A DNA stretch of 32,000 nt from Desulfocapsa sulfexigens DSM 10523. Its GTDB lineage: Bacteria > Desulfobacterota > Desulfobulbia > Desulfobulbales > Desulfocapsaceae. A program made the translations under genes and the position numbers. How positions within the stretch are numbered: the stretch's first letter is position 1; every line of letters starts with the position of its first letter. The stretch covers positions 2,910,001 to 2,942,000 of the forward strand of contig NC_020304.1 in the NCBI RefSeq assembly GCF_000341395.1, in the 5' to 3' direction. This document shows positions 16,703 through 26,151 of the stretch, piece by piece. A model generated the notes under the pieces. That model saw nothing but the letters and a program-made list of their open reading frames with translations, did not search any database and was not told where the DNA came from.

Positions 16703-17773
16703 TTCGTCCGCCTGCGGATAGGAACCAAGCCATTCATAATATGAGCAGAGTGAGTTAAGGGTTTTGCAGCAATCCTTGATATGTTCATCTTCAATATGAC
16801 CCATCAGGTCAAGGAAGAAGAGGTATTTCCACTGTTTTCCCTTGATTGGTCTGGATTCAATCTTTGCCAGGTTGATACCAGCGCGGGCAATAACACTTAA
16901 AATCTCGTTTAAGGCACCCGGACGCTCCATAATTCCCAGGAGCAGGGATGTTCTGTCAGCACCGCTTGGTGATGGAGACTCTTTTCCAATAACCAGAAAG
17001 CGTGTTGTGTTACCCCGGTAGTCTTCAATCCCTCTTACCACCACCTGCAGGTCGTAGGTCTTGATAGCGAGAGAAGAGGCTATTGCCCCGATATTAGGAT
17101 TGTTTGCTGCCATCTGAGCTGCCGCACCGGTCGAAAAAACAGGAAGGGTGGGGCAGGACGGTAGGTGTTTACGCAGCCATTCCCGACATTGGGCAAGTGG
17201 CTGGGTATGGGATGCCACTGTCTGGATATCGCTGATATCTCCAGATTTGCAGACAAGATTGTGGGTTATTTCCATCCGCACTTCACCACAAATTTTGGTT
17301 CTGTATTGCATAAAGGAATCAAGCGTTGAAAAAACGGCACCCTCGATGGAGTTTTCAACGGGAACGATTCCGTACTGAGTTCGACCTTTTTCCACCTCCG
17401 AAAAAACATCAGCGATGGATTCCATTGGGCTGTATGTGGCTGATTGGCCAAAGTATTTCACCCCAGCCAGATGGGTGAAGGTTGCCTCGGGGCCAAGATA
17501 TGCTACTGCAATCTTCTGCTGGGAAAGTCTGCATGTGGTGATGATTTCATGGAAGATTGAGTGAAGCGAATTGTCTGGAAATACTCCATCATTAAGCTTT
17601 GTCAGGCGTTCATAAATCTGCCTCTCGCGCAGAGGGTCCCATTTGGCACGCTTACTTTCATCTTTTAGCTGGCCAATGGACTTGGCAAGGGAAAGACGTT
17701 CTTTGAGGAGCTCAAGAATAGTATTGTCAATCTTGTCTATTCCATCGCGAACCGGTGTGAGATCTTTTGCCAT
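16685..17773 (-). CDS. pheA: Bifunctional chorismate mutase / prephenate dehydratase (P-protein)
   Basis: N-terminal CM_2 helix (IDKIDNTILELLKERLSLAKSIG). PDT domain (VAYLGPEATFTHLA, NSIEGAV) with TRF motif (GNTTRFLVIG) and the ESRP motif of the ACT domain. Confidence 0.93.
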   Translation of the reverse strand: MAKDLTPVRDGIDKIDNTILELLKERLSLAKSIGQLKDESKRAKWDPLRERQIYERLTKLNDGVFPDNSLHSIFHEIITTCRLSQQKIAVAYLGPEATFTHLAGVKYFGQSATYSPMESIADVFSEVEKGRTQYGIVPVENSIEGAVFSTLDSFMQYRTKICGEVRMEITHNLVCKSGDISDIQTVASHTQPLAQCREWLRKHLPSCPTLPVFSTGAAAQMAANNPNIGAIASSLAIKTYDLQVVVRGIEDYRGNTTRFLVIGKESPSPSGADRTSLLLGIMERPGALNEILSVIARAGINLAKIESRPIKGKQWKYLFFLDLMGHIEDEHIKDCCKTLNSLCSYYEWLGSYPQADESSSDA

Positions 17774-17991
17774 TTTGCTTCCTTTCTCAGAAATAGTATT
17801 GTTTAAATCTAGAGTGATTTATGAAGAACAACGGCGGAATGTAGGTCAAAGAAAAAAGTATGTCAAGTTGTAAAAAATGACTGGAATAAGCGGTTCTCCC
17901 GAGATATAGTCATTTTTCGTGCAAATTTATGCGTTTCCTGACATATGCATTTAACAGTGTTAAATTGTTTTATAAAAAGAGAAATCCAGTC

Positions 17992-19170
17992 ATGAGTGAA
18001 AAACCAGTACAAAAGACATACGAAGAAATTAATGCCAGAATCAAAGCGGGTGAGGCTGTAATTGTAACTGCTGAAGAGATGGTCGGTATTGTTAAGGCTA
18101 AGGGCGCTGAAGGTGCTGCCAGGGAGGTTGACGTCGTTACCACCGGAACCTTCTCTCCCATGTGTTCATCTGGGGCATTCTTAAACTTTGGTCAGATGAC
18201 TCCCACCATCAAAGCATCCAGAGTCTGGATTAACAAGGTTTCTGCTTATGCAGGACTAGCAGCAGTAGATTGTTATATCGGTGCAACAGAACCCGTCGAG
18301 GACGATCCTTTAAATAAATTGTATCCAGGAGAATTTCGATATGGCGGTGGCCATGTCATAGAGGATCTTCTTGCCGGAAAGAAGGTGTTTCTTGAGGCAA
18401 AAGCCTATGGAACTGATTGTTATCTGGCAAGGAAAATGAAAAAAGAGCTTACTCTTGCTGAGCTTCCCTATGCCATGCTCTGTAATCCAAGAAACGGGTA
18501 CCAGAATTATAACTGTGCTGTGAACCTTTCCGATAAAGCGGTCCATACCTATATGGGAACCCTGAAACCCCATTGCAGAAATGCTAATTATTGTAGTGCC
18601 GGTGAGTTGAGTCCTTTGTTTAATGATCCGCATTACAAGACCATTGGAATCGGAACCAGAATTTTTCTTGGTGGCGGTATCGGCTATGTGACCTCACACG
18701 GAACTCAACATAATCCAAATGCTCCAAGGCATAAAAATGGTACCCCTGTTCGCCCTGCTGGCACAATCATGGTGCAGGGAGATATGAAACAAATGTCGTC
18801 ACGTTTTATTCGTGGAATTTCAATTCTCGGATACGGAAACACCATGGCCGTGGGCCTGGGAATACCAATTCCAATTTTGAATGCTGAAATGGCTGCCTAT
18901 ACAGGGGTGTCGGATGATGAACTGTTTACTCAGGTTATAGATTACGGATATGATTATTCAAATGGTATAAACAGAACCTATGGTGAAGTGAGCTATGGCC
19001 AACTGAAAACTGGAACCATAGAGGTGAATGGGAAAAGCGTTCCAACGGCTCCATTATCAAGCCTGCCTATGGCTAGAGAAATTGCTGAAACCCTTAAGTC
19101 CTGGATGATGGATGGTAAGTTTTTTCTCAACAAACCGGCAGAACTTCTACCCGATGCCGACAACTCGTAA
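17992..19170 (+). CDS. COG1900 / DUF39 homocysteine-biosynthesis-type protein, without CBS or ferredoxin domains
   Basis: KTYEEINARIKAGEAVIVTAEEM...VDVVTTGTFSPMCSSGAFLNFG is the characteristic N-terminal region of COG1900 proteins. I chose the start at MSEKP (17992); the track start at 17929 adds 21 non-conserved residues. Confidence 0.82.
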   Translation: MSEKPVQKTYEEINARIKAGEAVIVTAEEMVGIVKAKGAEGAAREVDVVTTGTFSPMCSSGAFLNFGQMTPTIKASRVWINKVSAYAGLAAVDCYIGATEPVEDDPLNKLYPGEFRYGGGHVIEDLLAGKKVFLEAKAYGTDCYLARKMKKELTLAELPYAMLCNPRNGYQNYNCAVNLSDKAVHTYMGTLKPHCRNANYCSAGELSPLFNDPHYKTIGIGTRIFLGGGIGYVTSHGTQHNPNAPRHKNGTPVRPAGTIMVQGDMKQMSSRFIRGISILGYGNTMAVGLGIPIPILNAEMAAYTGVSDDELFTQVIDYGYDYSNGINRTYGEVSYGQLKTGTIEVNGKSVPTAPLSSLPMAREIAETLKSWMMDGKFFLNKPAELLPDADNS

Positions 19171-19181
19171 GAGGAACCTTT

Positions 19182-19973
19182 CTGAACAGTCAGGAAAAAT
19201 ACAGCGCTCTTATTAATAGCCTTAATGGGTATGGAGACGTTGCCGTCGCCTTTTCAGGCGGTGTTGATTCCACCCTGCTCCTCTATGCTGCCCTGGAGGC
19301 ATTGGGAAGGGAACATGTCGTTGTGGTACATGGAGTATCCGAACTTATCAGTGAAAGGGAAAAAGGGAGTGCGAATACTATTCTGGATGAATTGCAAATC
19401 GATCTGGAAAGGAGAGTCGAGGTAGCGCTTCATCCTCTGATCTGGCCTGAATTTGTTGCCAATACCCAGGATCGCTGCTATTTTTGCAAAAAAAGAATGT
19501 ATCAGAGTTTTCTGCGTAGCCTTGAAAAACTTGAAATTCAGGTTCTGCTTGACGGGAGTAATGTTGATGACCTGAAGAGCAGCAGACCGGGATTTCGCGC
19601 CATTCATGAACTTGGTATACGGACCCCCTTACTTGATTCAGGTTTAAATAAGGATGATATTCGTACCCTGGCCTCCGAGTTTCACTTGAGTAATTGCAGT
19701 AAACCATCTAATTCATGCCTGGCTACTCGATTACCTGCTGGGGTGCAAATAACACAAGAGTACCTGAACGCTGTTGAAAAGTATGAAGACTTTCTTTTGA
19801 GTCGTGATTTTACGGGCTGCAGGGCAAGGCCCGAGGGCAGGGATATGGTACTTGAGCTTTCGGGGATAGATGGGAACCGATTGCTTACATCGTCCATGCG
19901 CATTGAAATTATACATTTCTTTCAATCAGAGGGATTTTCAAGGGTTCTTATTGACTTGATCCCCCGCCGTTAA
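19182..19973 (+). CDS. LarE-like PP-loop ATP pyrophosphatase / sulfur transferase (TIGR00268-type), with a non-canonical start
   Basis: The PP-loop VAVAFSGGVDSTLLL is encoded at 19239-19283, upstream of the first canonical start (TTG 19302). The frame is open from 19119 with no ATG, GTG or TTG. CTG at 19182 lies 6 nt after AAGAGGAA. Also CYFC and SNSCLATRLP Cys motifs. Confidence 0.75.
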   Translation: MNSQEKYSALINSLNGYGDVAVAFSGGVDSTLLLYAALEALGREHVVVVHGVSELISEREKGSANTILDELQIDLERRVEVALHPLIWPEFVANTQDRCYFCKKRMYQSFLRSLEKLEIQVLLDGSNVDDLKSSRPGFRAIHELGIRTPLLDSGLNKDDIRTLASEFHLSNCSKPSNSCLATRLPAGVQITQEYLNAVEKYEDFLLSRDFTGCRARPEGRDMVLELSGIDGNRLLTSSMRIEIIHFFQSEGFSRVLIDLIPRR

Positions 19974-20245
19974 AAGTTGTAGCTGGCATTGAAATATTTT
20001 CCTACGGGGAAGTTTATACCTTGCTAATGAATGGAGCTTCAGTTAGGGTGTAAGTTGTTTTTTTGTGTGTAATAGTTTGATTATAAAGGGTTGTAGAGAT
20101 ATCACTTATGTCTGAAAAAAGATGTTTTGTTCTTTTTTCTTTTGACAATCCATCATGCTTTTATTAAAGCAATACAGAAGAGATAAGGGGAGCAGCACAG
20201 TCTGTATCCTGTTTAATTAGAAACGTAGTTTTCCGGGAGGGATCC

Positions 20246-20518
20246 ATGAATAAGAAGGAATTAGTAGAGAATATTGCAAGTGCAGCAGATATTTCAAAAG
20301 CTGCAGCTGAAAAAGCACTGAACAGTACTCTCGCAGCCATCGCTGAAACCTTGAAAAATGGCGATAAGGTGACTTTAGTTGGTTTTGGTACTTTTTCTGT
20401 ATCCAAGCGTGAAGCCCGTAAGGGAAGAAATCCTCAGACCGGAAAAACCATTAATATCCCAGCTAAAAATGTCGCCAAGTTCAAAGCTGGTTCCAAACTT
20501 TCCGAGGCTATTAACTAG
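20246..20518 (+). CDS. hup: HU-family nucleoid-associated DNA-binding protein
   Basis: MNKKELVE...GFGTFSVSKREARKGRNPQTGKTINIPAKNVAKFKAGSKL, a canonical HU arm. GGAGGGA SD upstream. Confidence 0.95.
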   Translation: MNKKELVENIASAADISKAAAEKALNSTLAAIAETLKNGDKVTLVGFGTFSVSKREARKGRNPQTGKTINIPAKNVAKFKAGSKLSEAIN

Positions 20519-20574
20519 ACTTCCAGAAGTTTGCTGTATGTATGCTTGTTAGTAAACGGGCAGATGAGTTTTCT

Positions 20575-20614
20575 GAAATCCTGTTTTTCCTTTTTCCTGG
20601 AAGAGCAGGATTTT
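20575..20614 (+). terminator. Probable intrinsic terminator after the HU gene
   Basis: GAAATCCTG ... CAGGATTTT stem (8 bp plus one G-U pair) around a T-rich loop, followed by GTCGTTTC. Confidence 0.4.
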
Positions 20615-20938
20615 GTCGTTTCAGGACAGGGACATTCTGGCTTATTCTCTCTATTACAGCAGTGATTTCTTAATCCATCTTTTGATGATCGAGAAAAAAT
20701 ACTGAGTTGTACAAATCCGCTAAAAAAGAAATTTCTGTAAGATCCCTGTTCTTAATCTTGATTATGGGCTTTAGCTATATTTCCAATCGTGTATCATTTG
20801 ACACATTAATATTTAGTATCTGCTTTTCACGAAGGAGTGTCGACGGTTCATTACTGCTGATAACAGGTGTCAGCAAACATCGAGTGAGAATGAAAGGGTA
20901 CAGGTGCTTCAGGATGTAATAAGATGGTGCCTGCTGGT

Positions 20939-21577
20939 CTAGTGAGGAAAATAATCCTGTAGCAGGAGAAGGAGTTCATTGGATCGACTACAGTTCAGTT
21001 TGTGCATAATATTTGTCCGGTGAACGCGAACGGTTTTCGGACTGATGAATAGTATTTCTCCTATTTCATCGGGAGTCATTCCCTGAGAAAAAAGGTTTGC
21101 AATTTCATGTTCTCGTGGAGAGAGAACGGAAAGAACTCCGTGCTCGCATTCACCCTTTAAGAGTTGCTCACGTATGTTGTCAGGAAATGAACTGCTTAGG
21201 GAGATTTCCCCCTGCATAACCTCCCGAATTGCAGTGAGAAGGTCTCTGATTTCATCACTTTTTAACACATATCCCTTTGCACCGGCTTTGCATGCACGAA
21301 AAATATTATCGTGGTTCTGGTGCATGGTGTAAATGATGATGATCGTCTTTTCAGAAAGGGCTTTGACGTATGGGATGAGATCAATGCCACTGATTCCGGC
21401 CATGGTTATATCAAGAATTGCAACATCTGGCTGTGTTTCCTTTACCAGAGGTAACGCGGAAGTTGCTGAGTCCGATTCTCCCAGCACAATCATATCGGGT
21501 TGCTTCTTGACAACAGACCTCACTCCATGACGGATAACAGGATGGTCATCAATTATAACAACAGTAATCTTTTTCAC
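20939..21577 (-). CDS. NarL/FixJ (LuxR-type HTH) response regulator
   Basis: REC domain (VVIIDDHP, DVAILDITMAG, YTMH.., KAGAKGYVLK) plus a C-terminal LuxR HTH (LSPREHEIANLFSQGMTPDEIGEILFISPKTVRVHRTNIMHKL). No adjacent kinase. Confidence 0.9.
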   Translation of the reverse strand: MKKITVVIIDDHPVIRHGVRSVVKKQPDMIVLGESDSATSALPLVKETQPDVAILDITMAGISGIDLIPYVKALSEKTIIIIYTMHQNHDNIFRACKAGAKGYVLKSDEIRDLLTAIREVMQGEISLSSSFPDNIREQLLKGECEHGVLSVLSPREHEIANLFSQGMTPDEIGEILFISPKTVRVHRTNIMHKLNCSRSNELLLLLQDYFPH

Positions 21578-21719
21578 TGCGCTTGTTGCTCCAATAAAAA
21601 ATTTCCAGGAAATAGCATGTACCTATGCGATGAGGATAACAAAAGGATCAGTTGAAAGTCAAAGATTTTATCGTTCTCTTTATTTGCCAGACATCATTAA
21701 ATAGTGTATGTGAAAATAC

Positions 21720-23741
21720 ATGGATACCCCCTTTATACTGAAAGCACCTTTTGAACCATCTGGTGATCAACCTGAAGCTATTGCCACCATAGTCCGCGGG
21801 ATAGAGTCCGGAGCAAAAAGTCAGGTTCTTCTGGGTGTTACCGGATCCGGGAAAACCTTTACCATGGCTTCCGTCATTGAAAGGGTACAGCGGCCGACAC
21901 TTATTATTGCCCCCAACAAAACGCTTGCCGCCCAGCTTTTTTCTGAGTTTAAAGAACTGTTTCCCGGCAATGCCGTTGAGTATTTCGTTTCCTATTATGA
22001 TTATTATCAGCCGGAGGCGTATATTCCATCCTCCGATACCTATATTGAAAAAGATTCTTCCATTAATGACGCAATTGACAAGATGCGCCATTCCGCAACC
22101 CGTTCTCTGCTGACACGCAGAGATGTCATTATTGTCGCTTCTGTATCCTGTATCTATGGCCTTGGGTCACCCGATGAATATAAAAACATGCACCTCTTTC
22201 TCCGTGTTGACGAAGATTTTGCGCCAGAACAGATACAACGCCGTCTCGTCTTTATGCTGTATGAGCGAAATGATGTTTCTTTTCATCGTGGTACATTCAG
22301 GGTACGTGGTGATGTGATTGATATTTTTCCAGTTCATGAGGAGGATCGGGCACTCCGACTGGAATTCTTCGGAGATACCATTGAATCGATATCAATTATA
22401 GACCCCTTGCGAGGAGCTGTGCTTGAACGTTTACCGGAATATACTGTTTTCCCCGGCAGCCATTTTGTTACTTCCAAGGATAGACTGCAGGTGGCGGTGG
22501 AAACAATTAAGACAGAGCTTAAAGGTCGTCTTGAATATTTTCACAAGGAAAACAGACTGATTGAGTTGCAGCGTCTTGAGCAGAAGACTATGTTTGATCT
22601 GGAGATGATACAGGAGCTTGGATATTGCAACGGTATTGAAAATTATTCGAGGCATCTCACCGGCAAGGAGCCGGGAATTGCCCCTCCCAATCTTCTCGAT
22701 TATTTTGAGGAGGATTATCTTCTGATAATTGATGAGTCTCATATAGGTGTACCTCAGCTAAACGGTATGTACAATGGAGACAGATCCCGGAAAAAGACGC
22801 TTGTCCACTACGGTTTCCGTCTCCCTTCAGCACTTGATAACCGTCCCCTGCGCTTCGAGGAATTCCAGGCACGAATTAATCAGATAGTCTATGTTTCAGC
22901 AACTCCTGGTGCTTTTGAGATTGAAGAGGCCGAGGGGCGACTTGTTGATCAAATTATTCGTCCGACGGGACTTCTTGACCCGCGAATTGAAGTTCGGCCT
23001 GCTTCCAGTCAGGTTGATGATCTTCTGGAGGAAATAAGGTTGCGTACGGAACGTGATGAAGCCGTATTGGTCACCACCCTGACCAAGCGAATGGCAGAAG
23101 ATCTTACCGATTATTATGAAAAACTAGGGATTCAGGTCCGCTATCTTCATTCTGATATCAAGACATTGGAACGTATCGAATTAATTAGAGATCTTCGTAA
23201 TGGTGAGTATAATGTGCTGGTGGGGATTAATCTTTTACGGGAAGGGCTCGATATTCCGGAAGTTTCTCTTGTGGCAATACTGGATGCTGACAAGGAGGGT
23301 TTTTTACGTTCAGACCGCTCTCTTATTCAGACCTGCGGGCGGGCCGCACGAAACGTCAATGGATTGGTTATTCTTTATGGTGACACAGTTACCGGTTCCA
23401 TGCAAAGAACCATTGAGGAAACGGAGCGAAGAAGAAAAATTCAGTCTGCGTATAACCTGGAACATGGTATTGTACCTCAGACCATAAAATCCAAGGTAAA
23501 AGATACCATCCAGAAACATCTTCAGGCCAGTGGCTACAAGGCAGCAGATGATCATGGCTCCGGTTTGTTGACTGCTGCAGAGGATCTTCCCGTATATTAC
23601 AGCATTAAAGAGTTGGAAAAAGAGATAAAAAAACTAGAAAAAGAGATGCAGAGTGCTGCAAAAGAACTTGCTTTTGAAGAAGCCGCAGCGATTCGTGACA
23701 GAATCAAGGCGCTTCGTAAACTGGAGATAGAAATAGGATGA
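21720..23741 (+). CDS. uvrB: Excinuclease ABC subunit B
   Basis: PSGDQPEAI, Walker [21 protein letters not shown] beta-hairpin region, DESH box, and C-terminal UVR domain ([14 protein letters not shown]). Confidence 0.97.
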   Translation: MDTPFILKAPFEPSGDQPEAIATIVRGIESGAKSQVLLGVTGSGKTFTMASVIERVQRPTLIIAPNKTLAAQLFSEFKELFPGNAVEYFVSYYDYYQPEAYIPSSDTYIEKDSSINDAIDKMRHSATRSLLTRRDVIIVASVSCIYGLGSPDEYKNMHLFLRVDEDFAPEQIQRRLVFMLYERNDVSFHRGTFRVRGDVIDIFPVHEEDRALRLEFFGDTIESISIIDPLRGAVLERLPEYTVFPGSHFVTSKDRLQVAVETIKTELKGRLEYFHKENRLIELQRLEQKTMFDLEMIQELGYCNGIENYSRHLTGKEPGIAPPNLLDYFEEDYLLIIDESHIGVPQLNGMYNGDRSRKKTLVHYGFRLPSALDNRPLRFEEFQARINQIVYVSATPGAFEIEEAEGRLVDQIIRPTGLLDPRIEVRPASSQVDDLLEEIRLRTERDEAVLVTTLTKRMAEDLTDYYEKLGIQVRYLHSDIKTLERIELIRDLRNGEYNVLVGINLLREGLDIPEVSLVAILDADKEGFLRSDRSLIQTCGRAARNVNGLVILYGDTVTGSMQRTIEETERRRKIQSAYNLEHGIVPQTIKSKVKDTIQKHLQASGYKAADDHGSGLLTAAEDLPVYYSIKELEKEIKKLEKEMQSAAKELAFEEAAAIRDRIKALRKLEIEIG

Positions 23742-24409
23742 AGGATGGGGCATTGTACCAGCTATCTCTTCGTGTACTTCCTTTTGTCTTTGTGTGGTTG
23801 ACACGCATCTGGTTTTCAACGTGTCGGATAACAACCCATGGTCAACACTACCGGGATCAAATTGATGCCAGTGGGAAGCCTGCTATAGCAAGTTTCTGGC
23901 ACTATACTATTTTATTTATATTTTATTATATGCGTAAAGATTCTGGTGTGGCCATGGTCAGTGCAAGCAAGGATGGCGAGTATATCAGCAGAGTGGCAAA
24001 TAAACTGGGGTATTCAACTGTTCGTGGTTCACGTAAAAAGGGTGGATTACAGGCCATTAAAAGTCTGGTGAGACATATGCGTGCAGGGCAAAATGCTGCA
24101 ATTGTCGCTGATGGCTCACAGGGGCCTGCCCGTGTGGTTCAGGCAGGCTGTATAGTTCTTGCGTCACGTGCCGGGGTGCCTGTCCTCCCCATGCTCTGGT
24201 CATGTAATCGATACAAGCGATTTGGGTCCTGGGATGGTACGGTTTTGCCCTTACCTTTTTCAAAAATAGATTTCTTTTACGGTGAACCCCTTTATGTCGC
24301 TCCTAAAATCAAATCTGAAGATGTTGAGGACTACAGGTTGATTTTGGAAAATCGCCTCAGTGATCTGTATGATGAGGCCTGGGCTTTACATGGTAAAAAA
24401 GAACATTAA
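23738..24409 (+). CDS. DUF374-family protein (lysophospholipid acyltransferase-like)
   Basis: ATGA overlap with the uvrB stop. Contains [14 protein letters not shown]...[25 protein letters not shown]...ADGSQGPA, typical of DUF374. Confidence 0.75.
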   Translation: MKDGALYQLSLRVLPFVFVWLTRIWFSTCRITTHGQHYRDQIDASGKPAIASFWHYTILFIFYYMRKDSGVAMVSASKDGEYISRVANKLGYSTVRGSRKKGGLQAIKSLVRHMRAGQNAAIVADGSQGPARVVQAGCIVLASRAGVPVLPMLWSCNRYKRFGSWDGTVLPLPFSKIDFFYGEPLYVAPKIKSEDVEDYRLILENRLSDLYDEAWALHGKKEH

Positions 24410-24427
24410 TCAGCTTACTATAGAGAT

Positions 24428-25804
24428 ATGACGAAAGGAATAGTGGTGGCCGGACTTGCCGGAGGATCAGGGAAAAGCGTAGTTTCTGTTGGGTTAACTG
24501 CGGCCCTTGCACGGCAGGGAAAATTTGTGGTCCCCTTCAAGAAGGGACCGGATTACATTGATGCGGGATGGATGAAACTTGCTGCTGGAAGGAACTGTTA
24601 TAATCTTGATCCCTATTTAATGAGCGAAGAAAGCATAAAAGCTTCACTGCTTTGCCACAGTGAAGGTGCCGATCTTGTCGTCCTGGAAGGTAACCGCGGT
24701 CTGTTTGATGGGGTAAATGTTGATGGTGGCTATTCCACAGCCGAACTGGCTCTTTCTCTCAATCTTCCAATATTGTTGGTGGTGAACTGTACCAAGACGA
24801 CTCGAACCGTTGCGGCAATGGTTCTGGGCTGTATGAAACTTGATGAACGCGTGGATATTCGTGGCGTAGTCCTGAATCAGATTGGCACCAAAAGGCATCA
24901 GTCCATCGTCACTCAGGCAGTGGAAAAGTACACTGGCCTTCCTGTCCTGGGGGCAATTCCACGAATGAAATATGATATTTTCCCCATGCGTCACCTGGGT
25001 GTTACTCCACACCAGGAGTACGAGGGAAGTGAAGAGGCAATGCAGTTGCTTGCGGAGACTGCCGCTGAACACCTTGACCTCGAACGAATTCAGGAAGTAA
25101 TGGAGCCGATAGGTTGCCGAAAAACAGTGGTGCCCGCCCATCCTCCTGAGAATAAACTTCGTATCGGCCTGTTAATGGACGCAGCCTTTCAATTCTATTA
25201 TTCCGAAAATCTGGAAGCCCTTGAGCAGGAGGGAGCTGAATTGATTGCCATTGATGCCATGGTTGAGGATGTTTTGCCGGAGCTTGATGGTCTGTACATT
25301 GGTGGAGGTTTTCCTGAAACCAGTGCCGGGGCCCTCGCGGCTAATACCTCTTTTCGTGACTCAATAAAAACTGCTGCCGAGACAGGATTGCCGATTTATG
25401 CTGAGTGTGGTGGGCTGATTTACCTTGGTGAGTCTATAGAACTGGAAGGAGAGGTGTATCCTCTTGCCGGTGTTTTTCCCGTCCGTTTTGGTATGTCTCA
25501 AAAACCACAGGCCCATGGCTACTCGATTTTTACGGTAGAGGGAGAAAATCCTTTTTATGAAAAAGGTTCTGAAATAAAGGGACATGAGTTTCGCTATTCC
25601 ACTATTATTGACTGGCCTGGAGACTCTGATGATCTGCCATTGAAGATGACAAGGGGAGTGGGCTTTTCGAAGGGACGTGAAGGGCTGGTTATGAATAATG
25701 TTCTGGCTCTTTACACCCATATACATGCCCTGGGGACACCCGAGTGGGCCAGGGGCTTTATGAGGCGCTGTCGTGAGGTAAAAGAAGAGGGTCTGCGGGA
25801 GTAG
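24428..25804 (+). CDS. cbiA: Cobyrinate a,c-diamide synthase family amidase (CbiA/CobB; a DsrN-like role cannot be excluded)
   Basis: N-terminal P-loop VVAGLAGGSGKSVVSVGL and C-terminal glutamine amidotransferase domain with the nucleophile context YAECGGLIYL. Confidence 0.85.
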   Translation: MTKGIVVAGLAGGSGKSVVSVGLTAALARQGKFVVPFKKGPDYIDAGWMKLAAGRNCYNLDPYLMSEESIKASLLCHSEGADLVVLEGNRGLFDGVNVDGGYSTAELALSLNLPILLVVNCTKTTRTVAAMVLGCMKLDERVDIRGVVLNQIGTKRHQSIVTQAVEKYTGLPVLGAIPRMKYDIFPMRHLGVTPHQEYEGSEEAMQLLAETAAEHLDLERIQEVMEPIGCRKTVVPAHPPENKLRIGLLMDAAFQFYYSENLEALEQEGAELIAIDAMVEDVLPELDGLYIGGGFPETSAGALAANTSFRDSIKTAAETGLPIYAECGGLIYLGESIELEGEVYPLAGVFPVRFGMSQKPQAHGYSIFTVEGENPFYEKGSEIKGHEFRYSTIIDWPGDSDDLPLKMTRGVGFSKGREGLVMNNVLALYTHIHALGTPEWARGFMRRCREVKEEGLRE

Positions 25805-25826
25805 AGGTGAAGGGTTCCCCGCAGAC
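25791..25826. terminator. Hairpin between convergent cbiA and the Mo-enzyme operon (possible terminator, better for the minus strand)
   Basis: GTCTGCGGG - 18 nt - CCCGCAGAC. On the minus strand it is followed by CCTCTTCTTTTAC. Confidence 0.35.
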
Positions 25827-25842
25827 CATATGCTGTGTTTGA

Positions 25843-26058
25843 TTAATCCTCGGTGTGACAAACAATATCCGGTGTCAGAAACCAGATAGCTGCCGGTTTG
25901 CAGGACCAGACTTTGTCATCTTCTTCGACTACACAGTCTCCGAATTTCCACCCGAATTTTTCCAGATGCATGGTGAGCGTTTTTTTTGATGCTTCGTACA
26001 CATCCCAATCAAAACCCTCAAGGTCAGAGACGCAAATCATTTCAATTTCTTTCTTCAT
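25843..26058 (-). CDS. Small acidic hypothetical protein (71 aa, 4 Cys) at the distal end of the Mo-oxidoreductase cluster
   Basis: Internal Met start MKKEIEMICVSDLEGFDWD... was chosen. The track start at 26130 adds 24 residues running to within 21 nt of the upstream gene's stop. No family recognised and the SD is weak. Confidence 0.45.
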   Translation of the reverse strand: MKKEIEMICVSDLEGFDWDVYEASKKTLTMHLEKFGWKFGDCVVEEDDKVWSCKPAAIWFLTPDIVCHTED

Positions 26059-26151
26059 ATTCAGTCTCACTGTATTTATTTGATAATTTGTAAAGGTAAT
26101 GCCGGATGGCCGGTAACGACCATCCAGCATATTATTTTACAATATCATATA

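Noticed and set aside
19154-19216. Short ORF MPTTRKRNLSEQSGKIQRSY* overlapping the COG1900 gene end, considered as an independent gene
   Set aside because: It has no SD and is too short. It is considered only as the possible frameshifted 5' end of the PP-loop gene (see the finding at 19119-19304).
20142-20170. Sigma70 promoter for the HU gene (TTGACA at 20142-20147)
   Set aside because: The -35 is perfect, but no good -10 hexamer lies at 16-18 nt spacing (the best is TAAAGC). It is left unreported as a feature.
20707-20919. 70-aa plus-strand ORF (TTG start)
   Set aside because: It has no SD and a hydrophobic, low-complexity translation with no motif, and it lies in the convergent intergenic gap.
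21648-22091. 147-aa minus-strand ORF overlapping the uvrB 5' end
   Set aside because: It is antisense to a highly conserved uvrB region (Walker A, beta-hairpin), so it is a shadow ORF.
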